The notes: generated by a model from the letters alone, not told the origin. Positions 46,918-56,903 are shown, numbered from the stretch's first letter. The stretch: DNA of 64,000 bases from Candidatus Latescibacterota bacterium (GCA_965203175.1 OZ241867.1:6496001-6560000), one strand, 5' to 3'. Made by a program: numbers and translations.

Positions 46918-49400
46918 CCGGCGCACCCTGCGGAGAAAAGCCGATGCTTAGACTTAGACGCGATCTCATCCATATCAATCTCGAAAGCGCGCCATCCCGA
47001 CAGCAGTGGAGTGCGATCGCAGCTAAAAAACTATCCCTGCTGCTCTTGCTCGTCGTTCACTCCGCTCTATACGCCCAAGACATCGTCTTTTCAGGGACGG
47101 ACTTTGCGGCGTGGAATCATCCGGCCGGGCTCGTCCAAATCGGCTCTACGGGAATCACTGTTAAGCGTTTTGGCACGACGTTTAACGCAGTCGCCAATGC
47201 CAACGAATTTTCATCCGTTACCATTGGCGACTACGGCCGCTTGCCAGTGCGCGCGCCCTCCAATCAGGCCCAAGCCGGACTAGTGGCCGACCAAGACCAC
47301 AACACCTATTGGCAGCCCGACTTAGACGATCCGCTCCAGAAGTGGTGGCTAGAGATCGATTTGGATCGCGCGGTCGTCGCCCGCAAGATCCGCGTAATCT
47401 TTCCCCAAACCGAGGACGCCCGTCCCTTTGAGTTCTTTTCGCTCCACATCAGCCCAGGCATCCAAGTCGCGGGCGCACCGGGTAAGCAAATCGCGTTCGA
47501 GCGCGTCGGTCGCCCGGTCAACAACAACACCAAGCAGGTGGTAGAGTTCGATCTCAGAACCATCAACAAGCCTCCTCTCAGTGGAACGCCCAAGGGGCAG
47601 TACTTGGCAAAGAGCGACAGCTTGGATTTTTCTATCCTCCGCTTTGTGCGCTTTGAAGCGGCCGGCCAAACCCCCGGCGCAGCTCTCGCCGAAATCGAGG
47701 TAGATGGCATTGGCTTCAACCTCTCGACCCGGGTGTTTACCGAAGTACGCGCGGAAAAGGGCGAGAAGTCATGGGGCGGCAGAACGTGGACCTCAAGAGC
47801 ACGCGATTGCGACGGCTGCGGCAAGGCCAGCGGCGCGGAATTTCTCGTGGATGCGGACTTGGGCCGACGGCTGTGGAGCATCCAAGCCTCTTCTGGGGAT
47901 CGCGATTGGCGCGACGATGGCGTCTGGTCCGTGATCGACTTTGGCAACGTGTTCCGCATCGACCGGATCATCTTCGTGCCGCTCATCGGCGGCCGCAGCC
48001 CGTGGCTCTACGGCTACCAGCAGGGCGCGGTGGGCGGCTTTCCCATGTTCGATATCCTCACATCCGACGGCAGTCCGAGCAATACGGCCGACCCGACGGC
48101 CGAAGGGCCGTTTGACTACGAGTTGCTGTCCGAAGTGCGCACCAGCTATCCCTTCAACGATTTCCAATTTCCCACCCGCGACACGCGCCTCATCCTCTGG
48201 CGCGTGATCGGCTTCTACGGGCGCGACGCCAACGCCTTGCAGCTTTTTGCCTTTCACCGCGAGGGCTATCCCAAGCGCGTCGAGTTAGAGTCCTCCGACC
48301 TCGATTTGGGTGCGGCGCGCAGCATCCGGCGCATCGAGTGGGACGCCGACTTGCCGCCGGGCACGCGCTTAGAAGTGCAGACCCAAACGGGCAACGGCTT
48401 TACCGAAGTTACGCGCTACTTTCTCAAAAATGGCGATGAAGTCACCAAGGAAGCCTATGAAGCGGCGCGCAAGCGCTATCGCGGCGACATCGTGCAAGAA
48501 AAGGTGCGCGATGCAACTTGGAGCACTTGGAGCCAGCCACACCGCTTTTCCGGGCAGAGCTTTCAGTCGCCTTCGCCGCGGCGCTACTTGCGCACGCGCA
48601 TTCGCCTGTACAGCGACGACCTCAACGCGTCGCCGGTGCTGCGCTCGCTGCAGGTTATGGCCAATGATCCGGTCATTGTTGCAGGCCTGAGCGGCTCGGT
48701 GTGGCCGCGCGAAGCCGCCCTCGATTCGCTGACTGAATTTCGCTATACCATCAAGCCGCAGGCATTCAACAGCCGCGACCCCGGATTCGACCAAGTGCTG
48801 ATCGCACTGCCTCCGGGCAGCGCGGACGCCGAATTGCTCGCAGCCTGGGTGGGAGGCCAGCAGGTAGAGGCGCACAGCTCGTTGCGCGGCGATTCGCTGT
48901 GGGTGCAGTTGCCGCCGCCGGTGGTAAAACGCGACTCCGTCAACATAGCGTTTGCAACGCGGGTTTTCGCCAGCCCGACAGTCTTTGAAACCTTTGTCTT
49001 TAACTCCAATCAAGAAGACAACGGACAGGGCGTCGTGCCGGCGGAGTTGGGAGCCGATCAAGTGTTTGTGCCCGCGGTGGTGCAGGGCGCATCCCTAATC
49101 CGCAACTTGCGCCACTCCAAACTGTTCACGCCCAATGGCGACGCAGTCAACGACCTATACGAACTGAGTTTTACCGTCGTCAAAACCGACAAGCAGCCGC
49201 ACGTGCGCGTCTTTTCTCTCGATGGCCGCCTAATCGCCGAATTGAATAACGCCACTCCGCGCGGTGCCCGGGCGACGTACGCTTGGGACGGCCAGCGCAA
49301 CGGCCAGATCGTGCCGGCGGGTATCTACATAGTGCATGTCGAGTTGCAAACCGATCCTAAAGACGAGATCGTCCAGCACTACGTTCACGTCGTATATTAG
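46914..49400 (+). CDS. Secreted tandem discoidin-like protein with FlgD-Ig/CHU_C-like C-terminal domain; start uncertain
   Basis: WWLEIDLDR, AEIEVDG, IDFGNVF, WSTWS, PSPRRYLR; FTPNGDAVND...VFSLDGRLI...WDGQ...HVVY. Confidence 0.78.
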   Translation: MTGAPCGEKPMLRLRRDLIHINLESAPSRQQWSAIAAKKLSLLLLLVVHSALYAQDIVFSGTDFAAWNHPAGLVQIGSTGITVKRFGTTFNAVANANEFSSVTIGDYGRLPVRAPSNQAQAGLVADQDHNTYWQPDLDDPLQKWWLEIDLDRAVVARKIRVIFPQTEDARPFEFFSLHISPGIQVAGAPGKQIAFERVGRPVNNNTKQVVEFDLRTINKPPLSGTPKGQYLAKSDSLDFSILRFVRFEAAGQTPGAALAEIEVDGIGFNLSTRVFTEVRAEKGEKSWGGRTWTSRARDCDGCGKASGAEFLVDADLGRRLWSIQASSGDRDWRDDGVWSVIDFGNVFRIDRIIFVPLIGGRSPWLYGYQQGAVGGFPMFDILTSDGSPSNTADPTAEGPFDYELLSEVRTSYPFNDFQFPTRDTRLILWRVIGFYGRDANALQLFAFHREGYPKRVELESSDLDLGAARSIRRIEWDADLPPGTRLEVQTQTGNGFTEVTRYFLKNGDEVTKEAYEAARKRYRGDIVQEKVRDATWSTWSQPHRFSGQSFQSPSPRRYLRTRIRLYSDDLNASPVLRSLQVMANDPVIVAGLSGSVWPREAALDSLTEFRYTIKPQAFNSRDPGFDQVLIALPPGSADAELLAAWVGGQQVEAHSSLRGDSLWVQLPPPVVKRDSVNIAFATRVFASPTVFETFVFNSNQEDNGQGVVPAELGADQVFVPAVVQGASLIRNLRHSKLFTPNGDAVNDLYELSFTVVKTDKQPHVRVFSLDGRLIAELNNATPRGARATYAWDGQRNGQIVPAGIYIVHVELQTDPKDEIVQHYVHVVY

Positions 49401-49447
49401 ATCGTGTTAAACGCGACACATCGGAAACAACAAACGAATAGAAGAAC

Positions 49448-49666
49448 ATGAAGATCAACTACTTTGAAGATACGGACACCGCATTTATCGAGTTCACTTC
49501 GCAACCTGTCGCCGAGACTCGCGAGTTGTGCGAAAACATCTACATAGACCTCGACAAGCAAGGGAACCTCGTCTCCATGAAAATTGAGCACGCCAAAACG
49601 AGTGCCAACATCTTAGATTTCACCTTTGAGCGTCAAGAAAAGCAACCGAGTGATGACAGTGTTTAG
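49448..49666 (+). CDS. DUF2283-domain small protein
   Basis: MKINYFEDTDTAFIEF...IYIDLDKQGNLVSMKIEHA matches the DUF2283 pattern. Confidence 0.8.
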   Translation: MKINYFEDTDTAFIEFTSQPVAETRELCENIYIDLDKQGNLVSMKIEHAKTSANILDFTFERQEKQPSDDSV

Positions 49667-49688
49667 TGGTCAGTGGCCACTAAACACT
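49658..49688. promoter_or_regulatory. Perfect 12-bp hairpin covering the DUF2283 stop codon, just upstream of the next RBS
   Basis: AGTGTTTAGTGG-TCAGTGG-CCACTAAACACT followed by AAACAGGAGGAGG. Confidence 0.55.
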
Positions 49689-49703
49689 AAACAGGAGGAG
49701 GAC

Positions 49704-52337
49704 GTGACACGTCTGACGATACTATTGCTGTATTGTGGTTTGCTCCTCGGGACGCCGCAGCCGTCTGCAGCCCAGCGCGCCACCGGATTTGACAATCCCT
49801 ATTACACTTCAGCCACTGAAGTCGCGCCCTCAACCCTCGTCCCTTCAGTGCGCAAGTGGTACCAGCCGCAGCGCCTGTACGAACTCTACGACTGGCGACA
49901 AGACCAATACTCCAACTACGCGCGCAACCCCTACCAACGCTACAACGACGTCTTCTTGGAGGGATCGCCCTTTTACGACATCTACGGCTCTTATATCAGC
50001 CAAGGTTGGCGGGTGTACAACTGGACCGAGGACTATCCCACGGCCAGCGGCAGCAGCATCTTCAAAAGCCCGCGCTTCAGCTCGTGGTTTAGCAACGTCC
50101 TCATCTCCTCCAGCCACTCCGGACAGTTCCACTCCTCGCTGATGGTAGGCGACGGCATCCGCACGACCCTGACGCCGCTCACCTTTTCCAAGCCGCGTTT
50201 CGACGGCGTGCAGTGGGACATGATGTCGGACAAATACGTCCTAACTCTACTCACCTCGCGCATCAACAACACCGGCGTCGTCGCCGGTGTCGCCGGCGAG
50301 GCTGGCGTGAAGTTCAGCACCTTCACCAATATGTGGGCCGCCAAAGGCCAAGTCAGCATCGGCGACTTTTCCAATGTCGGCCTAACGTTTGTCAACGCTG
50401 CCCACATGAACTCCAACATTCCCTTTGGTGACAATTCGCTCAAAGGCCAGCTCAGCGGGCCGATGAACAACGACTTCGTGCGCTCGATCATCGTGCGCAT
50501 TTCCGACGACTCGCCCGAAGACGGCGAAGGCGGTGCCCTGCTGTCGCGCTGGCGCATCTTTGCCAATGGCGTCGAGCACACCGACGATATCGCGCCCGTG
50601 GTAGAAGGTGGCTTCCGCCGCCGCGGCGTGATTGAAGCGAGTGGCACCGACGTAATAACCCTCACGTTCAACATCGAGGACTTCGCGCCCACCGTTGACG
50701 ACGAAATCGACGACTTCCGCGAAATTGAGCACGTGGAGATCGGCCTAGTACTGGCCAACGACTACAAAGTGGAGGTCGCTTCCAACAAACAGACCAACCA
50801 ACTCGGCGCACCTGTGTTCCTGACCGTGTTGCGCGCACCGGGCAACGTCAAGGACGGCGCCAACCAAGCCTTTCACACCTTTCGCTACGGCCTGCCCACT
50901 GGCAACCGGCTGCTCGGCTTTGACCTGTCGATCAACGATGTCGCCGGTTTTGACCTGCGGGGAGAATACGTGCGGAATTTCCAGTACCGCCGCTTCCCCA
51001 ACGAAAACTTCATCCGCGAACAAGCTCTCGCTACCAACACCGCCGAAGCCTTTTACTTGACAGCCCAGAAGCGGCATTACCCGTGGACGGTTTTCGCCGA
51101 GGCCTTTAGCATGGACGCGGAATACTCGACCCAAGCCTTTATCCCTAACTCCGAGGGCGAAGTGTACTACGGCAACGAGCAACAAAGTGTGTACGAATTC
51201 GTCGATGACAACGACGATCAAGACGAATTACCCGACTGGACCCGGCGCTATCACGGCCCGCGCGTCAACACTCGCCAAGGGATCGGCCTGCTGACCGACA
51301 GCGCGGTCTTCCCCGGGATCGACGAAAACAACGACGATCTCTCGGATTTTAACCGCAACTTCAACCGCATACCCGACTACGCCGAGCCTTTCCTGCGCTT
51401 CGAGGTCGATCCCCCCGACTTTCTCTTTGGCATGGACATGAACAACAACGGGGTCATTGACCGCTTTGAAGACGACTCCGAAGCGGACTATCCCTACAAG
51501 CGTGGGCACCGGGGATACAACACATATGTAGGCGTTGAAATCGCGCCGGACATAAACCTCATGGCCGGCCGACTCGACGAGCGCCTGCTGAAAACCGCCC
51601 GCGAAAACGCGACCACGTACCTGCTCTTGACTGCGAGCGAAAAATTCCCGCGCTACAACCTGCAATTGCGACTGATCGTCAATCCGCGCAAGGTCGCAGA
51701 CGACATTCCCGAGGACGTCTTTTTGTGGGTCGATACGCCCGGCACATTCGGAGAATCGCGCTTTATCCGCGACCAACTCGTGGCGCGCGATGCGTTCGTC
51801 AACACCACGTATTTAGACGTGCGCTACGACCGCTATATCTCGTTTACCACCAAGGTCAAGCACGAACAATACACGCAATTAGGGTCGGCTGCTGAAGAGT
51901 TGAACAACCAGCGCTTCCTCGGCGTGATCAACAAGGCCCAGTACCCGCTCCACCTGCGCTCTTGGGATTTGACCCTGAACTGGAAACAGCTATACAGCAA
52001 TCGGGTACCTGCGGACAAGGGCGCGTTGCAAACGTCCGATCTAACGGAAATTTTCTCGCTGCTGGCCGGCCGCGAGATCAACCGCAACATGAGCTTTACC
52101 GCGGGCGTCGAATACGAGATCGCCAACAATCTGGGCGAGCAACCCGAGGGGTTTCTAGAAGACGGCACTACGCTAGTGCTGGCCGGCCAGATCGCCAACC
52201 AATCGGCCTATCAGGGGTATGCGCTGACGACCAACGTCGGGCTGCGCTGGACTCGCGAAGACCTCGACTCAGCTCCTGCATCGGCCAAGCTATTCACCTT
52301 TATCAGCGTCTTCGCCGGGCTCGGCAAGGACCTGTAA
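49704..52337 (+). CDS. ~900-aa predicted outer-membrane beta-barrel protein with Asp-rich insert (paralog 4)
   Basis: GTG 49704 after AGGAGGAGG; signal peptide; GDGIRTTLTPLTF, DDSPEDG, GNVKDGAN, DDNDDQDELPD, VFPGIDENND, PDYAEPFL, DSEADYPY; ends FISVFAGLGKDL. Confidence 0.72.
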   Translation: MTRLTILLLYCGLLLGTPQPSAAQRATGFDNPYYTSATEVAPSTLVPSVRKWYQPQRLYELYDWRQDQYSNYARNPYQRYNDVFLEGSPFYDIYGSYISQGWRVYNWTEDYPTASGSSIFKSPRFSSWFSNVLISSSHSGQFHSSLMVGDGIRTTLTPLTFSKPRFDGVQWDMMSDKYVLTLLTSRINNTGVVAGVAGEAGVKFSTFTNMWAAKGQVSIGDFSNVGLTFVNAAHMNSNIPFGDNSLKGQLSGPMNNDFVRSIIVRISDDSPEDGEGGALLSRWRIFANGVEHTDDIAPVVEGGFRRRGVIEASGTDVITLTFNIEDFAPTVDDEIDDFREIEHVEIGLVLANDYKVEVASNKQTNQLGAPVFLTVLRAPGNVKDGANQAFHTFRYGLPTGNRLLGFDLSINDVAGFDLRGEYVRNFQYRRFPNENFIREQALATNTAEAFYLTAQKRHYPWTVFAEAFSMDAEYSTQAFIPNSEGEVYYGNEQQSVYEFVDDNDDQDELPDWTRRYHGPRVNTRQGIGLLTDSAVFPGIDENNDDLSDFNRNFNRIPDYAEPFLRFEVDPPDFLFGMDMNNNGVIDRFEDDSEADYPYKRGHRGYNTYVGVEIAPDINLMAGRLDERLLKTARENATTYLLLTASEKFPRYNLQLRLIVNPRKVADDIPEDVFLWVDTPGTFGESRFIRDQLVARDAFVNTTYLDVRYDRYISFTTKVKHEQYTQLGSAAEELNNQRFLGVINKAQYPLHLRSWDLTLNWKQLYSNRVPADKGALQTSDLTEIFSLLAGREINRNMSFTAGVEYEIANNLGEQPEGFLEDGTTLVLAGQIANQSAYQGYALTTNVGLRWTREDLDSAPASAKLFTFISVFAGLGKDL

Positions 52338-53660
52338 GCTAACTTCGGCGAGCGCTTCCGTATTTATTTCGATATCTTCGCTGTATTGTTCTCGGAGCCG
52401 CGCGATAAAGGAGTCCATGGCCTTAGTTGCCGCCTGCTGCCTCAGCAGGGTTTTGATGCTGTTATAGACCAAAGATAGATCCGCAACTTTGCCATCACTG
52501 CGGGTAAACATCTCGACGTTGGCATCGTAGTACGCGCGAATGTCCTCTTCGGTGATGGGCTGTTGGCGCGCCACTTCCCTGCCCTCGGTGCGATAGAGCC
52601 ACTCGACGATGAGCGCATCGCGCTTTTGCTCCACCGGCTCGCGCACCTCGGGGTCGCGGTCGTATTGCAGCTTGCGGCCCTCCGCCATCATAATCTGCAC
52701 CCCCGCCAAGTTCTCGGCCGCCTTGTAGCGGGCAGAACTATCGAGCCGGGTGTGACTCGCTGCTAGGTTGGCCCAGTACGCGACCGTGGTCAGTTGGCCG
52801 CTGCGCCAGCTAAAGAGTACTTGCTCTTCGCCATCGGGCGTGGTCAAGGCTTTTAAACCCTCGTCGTGGGCCTCTAGCCCGTATTCGCGGCGCAGGCGAT
52901 GGACGTATTGTTCCATGTCGTCGGCCCGCTTTTGCACGCGCGCTTTTTCTTGCAGCCACTCGCGCTGGGCCGCAAAATCCACATGCCGCCTTTTGTCGAG
53001 CCGGAAGACGTGATAGCCTATTTGGGTCTTCACCGGATGCGGATAAAGTTGACCCTCGTCCATGGTCCGCAGTGGTTCCATCAACTCGGGCAGCATGTGG
53101 CCCATCTTGAACCACCCCAACTGGCCAGCCGGGCCAAAGCGCCGCTGGATGGTCTCCGTTGAATAGATGGGCACCAGCGACTCAAACGGAGAGCCCTCTT
53201 GCAGCGCCGTTAGTACTTCCAGCGCCTCTTCTTCGGTGGCGCAGACGATCTGCTGGCTCAAGACCTCGACATCGTATTCGCGCTCTTTGGCAAAAGCCCG
53301 CAGTTCCTCTTCGGTTGACGTGTAATCGCCGTGCAGGGCCTCTTCCTCGTACAGTTTGTTCATCACAGCCCTTTGCTCGGTGCGCTCAACTTCGCGGGCA
53401 ATGCTCGGCTCGCGGTCGAGGCCGCGACGCAGCCCTTCGCGCACCAACAGTTCGCGGGCGATCACGCCGTTGAGTAGCGCCAGCTTGGCGTCCGCATTCA
53501 CTTCCTCAATGTGCTTGTAGCCCGTTTGCATCAGCTCTTGCGCTCGCTCCTTAAAATCTTCCTTTGATAGGGAGGTTTCGCCAATGCGGGCGACGTAAGT
53601 AGGCTCAGGTTCGGTCCCACAGGCCACGAGCGCGAGCAGAACGATTGTTCTCAACTTCAT
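52290..53660 (-). CDS. Parvulin-type peptidyl-prolyl isomerase lipoprotein (PrsA/SurA-like)
   Basis: Start ATG 53660, LVA-C lipobox; GQLGWF, PVKTQIGYHVFRL; 3' end overlaps the convergent barrel gene by 48 bp. Confidence 0.82.
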   Translation of the reverse strand: MKLRTIVLLALVACGTEPEPTYVARIGETSLSKEDFKERAQELMQTGYKHIEEVNADAKLALLNGVIARELLVREGLRRGLDREPSIAREVERTEQRAVMNKLYEEEALHGDYTSTEEELRAFAKEREYDVEVLSQQIVCATEEEALEVLTALQEGSPFESLVPIYSTETIQRRFGPAGQLGWFKMGHMLPELMEPLRTMDEGQLYPHPVKTQIGYHVFRLDKRRHVDFAAQREWLQEKARVQKRADDMEQYVHRLRREYGLEAHDEGLKALTTPDGEEQVLFSWRSGQLTTVAYWANLAASHTRLDSSARYKAAENLAGVQIMMAEGRKLQYDRDPEVREPVEQKRDALIVEWLYRTEGREVARQQPITEEDIRAYYDANVEMFTRSDGKVADLSLVYNSIKTLLRQQAATKAMDSFIARLREQYSEDIEINTEALAEVSLQVLAEPGEDADKGE

Positions 53661-53676
53661 ACGACGAATTTCTCCG

Positions 53677-55308
53677 TTATTCTTCAATAGTTTCCTCAAC
53701 GACAATGTGTTGATTGGCCGCCACATTTAAGAGGGTCTGTACCGCGCCGCTGGGCCAAAACACTTGTAGTGAATCTACTTGGGCATGGCGGCCCAAACCC
53801 AGCGTTAGGCGCACGTCGCTGCTGCCCATGTATCCGTAGCTGCGGCGAATTTCGCGCTTTTGCACGAGATCGCCCGCCACGGCCCGGATTTTGGTGCCGA
53901 GCCCGTCGCGATTGCTTTGGGTACCTACGGCTTTGACTGTCAGATAGTTATGACCGCTGTGGTCGTTGCGCAACAAGGTGCAGTGGGGCGCGTCCGAATC
54001 CGACACGAAGATATCGACATCGCCGTCGTTGTCGTAATCGCCCAAAGCGGCACCATGGCTGACGCGCTCGACGAGCATCCCTGGGCCGCTAGCATTGCTC
54101 ACGTCGGCAAAGGTGTCATCGCCCTGATTGCGGAATAGCTGATTTTGCTGCGGATAGGTCGTGTCCGGGTCGAACTCGCGCACGTTTTCATCGAGATGAC
54201 CGTTGGTGACAAAGACGTCGAGGAAACCATCGTTGTCGCTGTCGAAAAAGACCGCGGCCATCCCCAAGTAAGGCACGCTCGGCGCGCCGAGATGAGCGGC
54301 AAACGTCAGGTCGCTGAAAAAACCCCCGCCATCGTTGTGGTATAGCGTATTGGGCAGCCACTGGAAGGTGGCTAGGATGATGTCGAGCCGGCCGTCGTTG
54401 TCGTAGTCGCCGAAGTCTGCGCCCATAGCCGACTCAGCGTATCCCTCCTCATTGTACGCCACCCCGGCGATGATGCCATGCTCTACGAAGGTGCCGTCGC
54501 TATTATTGAGAAAGAGGAAATTGGGCTGCCGGTCGTTGGCAATGAATAGGTCCGGGTCGCCATCGTCGTCGTAATCGCCAAACACCGCGGCCAGTTGTCG
54601 CCCCTCATTACTGAACAAGCCCGCCGCGCGCGTCGCATTGACAAACGCGAGGTCGCCGTCGTTGCGATAGAGCACTCCAGACTGGCCGGGGTACGCGAGG
54701 GGGCCGCAGATGGAACGCACTGCACCCGTAAAGCACTCCTTGTTCGCGTCCAAGTCGAATTCCATGTAATTGGCCACGTAGAGATCCAAGTCACCATCGC
54801 GGTCGTAGTCGGCAAAGGCCGCATGCGATCCCCAACCCGAGTCGCCGAGGCCGGTCCGGGCCGTCATATCGGCAAAGGTACCGCCATGACCCTCGTTGTG
54901 ATAGAAGACGTTGGAGCCGTAGTTCGTCACGTACAGGTCGGGATTGCCATCGTTATCCACGTCGCCGACCGCAGCTCCCATACCGTACCCCGCATCGCCG
55001 GTGCGCGTCGCCTCCGTAACATCCGCGAAGGTGCCGTCGCCCTCGTTGCGGTAGTGGGCATTGCTACCAGGTGGACCGTCATAGCCCGGCAGGGCTGTGC
55101 CATTGACGATGTACAGGTCGAGGAAGCCATCGGCATCGGCGTCAAAGAACGCCGCGCCCGAGCCGATGGCCTCGGGCATGTACTTCCGGCCGCTCGCGCC
55201 GTTTACATAGCGGAAGTCAATTCCGGCGGCGCGGCTCACCTCGACGAAGTGGGGGGCGGACTGGGCGCTGACACCAACTGCCACCAATGCGATGAGTAGC
55301 AAGACCAC
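53677..55308 (-). CDS. CRTAC1-family protein (FG-GAP repeats plus ASPIC/UnbV)
   Basis: GSGAAFFDADADG, repeated DYDxDGDxD, SNRDGLGTKI, VFWPSG. Confidence 0.9.
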   Translation of the reverse strand: MVLLLIALVAVGVSAQSAPHFVEVSRAAGIDFRYVNGASGRKYMPEAIGSGAAFFDADADGFLDLYIVNGTALPGYDGPPGSNAHYRNEGDGTFADVTEATRTGDAGYGMGAAVGDVDNDGNPDLYVTNYGSNVFYHNEGHGGTFADMTARTGLGDSGWGSHAAFADYDRDGDLDLYVANYMEFDLDANKECFTGAVRSICGPLAYPGQSGVLYRNDGDLAFVNATRAAGLFSNEGRQLAAVFGDYDDDGDPDLFIANDRQPNFLFLNNSDGTFVEHGIIAGVAYNEEGYAESAMGADFGDYDNDGRLDIILATFQWLPNTLYHNDGGGFFSDLTFAAHLGAPSVPYLGMAAVFFDSDNDGFLDVFVTNGHLDENVREFDPDTTYPQQNQLFRNQGDDTFADVSNASGPGMLVERVSHGAALGDYDNDGDVDIFVSDSDAPHCTLLRNDHSGHNYLTVKAVGTQSNRDGLGTKIRAVAGDLVQKREIRRSYGYMGSSDVRLTLGLGRHAQVDSLQVFWPSGAVQTLLNVAANQHIVVEETIEE

Positions 55309-55310
55309 GG

Positions 55311-56513
55311 TTAGTCCTGCGTTTGGCTTACCGCATCGAACTTGCGGGCCAAGGCCACGGCGCGCTGTAAGCGGGCATTGTCCGGCTCAAAGTGCAAACC
55401 CCGCTCATAGCTTGCCAGCGCTTTGGCAAATGCTTCTTGCATCATCAGGGCATTGCCGAGCGAGAGATGCGCGAGCACATACGTGGAGTCGGCGCGCAGG
55501 GCTTGACGGAACAGGGACATGGCCTCGGCCACCTGACGGCGGCGCAAGTACAGGTTGCCCAAGTTGTGGTACGAGGGCGCGAAATTGGGATTGCGATCCA
55601 GGGCCTGTAAATAGTACAGACGCGCTTCTTCGTACTGTCCGCGCTGGCCGTATAGCGCGCCTATCTTGTGGTACAGCTCGGCCTTGTCGGGCGTCCGGGC
55701 CAAGGTAGTACGCAGACCGATGAGGAGTTTTTCCTGCTTTTCCAGTTCGTTGTACAGGGCCAACTGGCGGCGGCCCTCTTCCTGCTGGCCACTGCGCAAC
55801 AGGGCATTGCCGAGGCTGAAGCGGGCCCGCGCAAAGAGCGAATCGAGCGCCACAGCGCGCTGCAATTCAACGATGGCCGCGGCGTAGTCGCGGCGCTTGT
55901 ACAAGGCCGTGCCGAGGCCGTGGTGGTACTTGGCCACAGTCGAATCAGCGGCTAGGGCGCGGGCGTACGCCGCTTCAGCCGCAGCGTAGTCGTTGAGCTT
56001 GAGATGGGCCTCGCCGAGGTTGTACCACGCCTCGCTGTAGTCGTCTTGCAGGGCAACGGCGCGGCCATACGCAGCAACGGCCTGCTCGTACTGGGCTTGG
56101 CGAAAGTACAGCAGCCCGAGCGCCATCTGCGCCCAAGCGTAATCCGGGGTCGAGCGCGTGACCTCCTCTAACAGGGCGAGAGCCTCGGCGTGGCGATTGA
56201 GGCGGGTTAGCACAATGGCTAGTTCAGTCCGAGCCTTGGCGTAATCAGGTTGCAGCGCGATGGCCTGTTGGTAGGCTTCTAGGGCCTCGGTCATCTTACT
56301 GTCGCGTGCATAGGCGTCGGCTAGGTTGCGATGGGCTACCGCAGAGTTCGGATCGCGTTCTACAGCGCGTTTCGCGGCTTCTATGGCGGCCGCATAGGGG
56401 CCCTGGTGCAGGCGGCTTGCGAATGCCGCATCGGTTGGGCGCGGTTGGCGGTCGTTGGGAGGTTCCTGACAGGCGACTAGGGCTAGAAGCGATAGGTAGC
56501 AGAGTAGGGACAT
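55311..56513 (-). CDS. TPR lipoprotein
   Basis: LVA-C; TPR units AHRNLADAY, AWYNLGEAH, SYHNLGNLY. Confidence 0.87.
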   Translation of the reverse strand: MSLLCYLSLLALVACQEPPNDRQPRPTDAAFASRLHQGPYAAAIEAAKRAVERDPNSAVAHRNLADAYARDSKMTEALEAYQQAIALQPDYAKARTELAIVLTRLNRHAEALALLEEVTRSTPDYAWAQMALGLLYFRQAQYEQAVAAYGRAVALQDDYSEAWYNLGEAHLKLNDYAAAEAAYARALAADSTVAKYHHGLGTALYKRRDYAAAIVELQRAVALDSLFARARFSLGNALLRSGQQEEGRRQLALYNELEKQEKLLIGLRTTLARTPDKAELYHKIGALYGQRGQYEEARLYYLQALDRNPNFAPSYHNLGNLYLRRRQVAEAMSLFRQALRADSTYVLAHLSLGNALMMQEAFAKALASYERGLHFEPDNARLQRAVALARKFDAVSQTQD

Positions 56514-56712
56514 CTTGAGGGTGTAGGATTATTTAATTTCAGCTTTTAACTGCGTTTAAGTATGTCTCTTCGCTGTCGCCGTGTCCACTTCGGTGCCCAA
56601 TCTGCCGATGCCGCATGGTCGGTTTCAAGTGGATCGAAGTGTCCGTTGTCTGCACTCGACTCACGTTTTGTCCTTCCGGGTCGGTCTATTTCCTAAAGGT
56701 CTCATTCATGGG

Positions 56713-56727
56713 TTGTATCCGATACAA
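56713..56727. promoter_or_regulatory. Palindromic operator-like site
   Basis: TTGTATC-C-GATACAA in a ~390-bp divergent intergenic region; resembles GntR/FadR-type boxes. Confidence 0.4.
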
Positions 56728-56850
56728 TCGATCCACACACGTCTCCGTCCTCCCCGCTGTGCTCCGCCTTGGCATGGATATTGCAATCATGATGTTACGC
56801 AGCCTTGTATCGTCGGCTCCTTCGACAGGTTGCGTAACGTCAGTCAGGAA

Positions 56851-56880
56851 TTGACACCCCTCTATCCTATCCAGTAGTTT
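56851..56880 (+). promoter_or_regulatory. sigma70-like promoter
   Basis: TTGACA, 18-bp spacer, TAGTTT upstream of ATG 56904. Confidence 0.5.
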
Positions 56881-56903
56881 CGTTACAACCCAAGGACAAG
56901 ACT

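Noticed and set aside
47808-47819. CDGC motif as heme-binding site
   Set aside because: No following His; absent from paralogs; probably a disulfide
6758-49400. FlgD-like domains and MotA-family gene as flagellar genes
   Set aside because: No other flagellar genes; partners are ExbD/TolR-type, not MotB with OmpA domain
56581-56877. Small ORFs in the intergenic region
   Set aside because: No RBS, atypical composition, no recognisable motif
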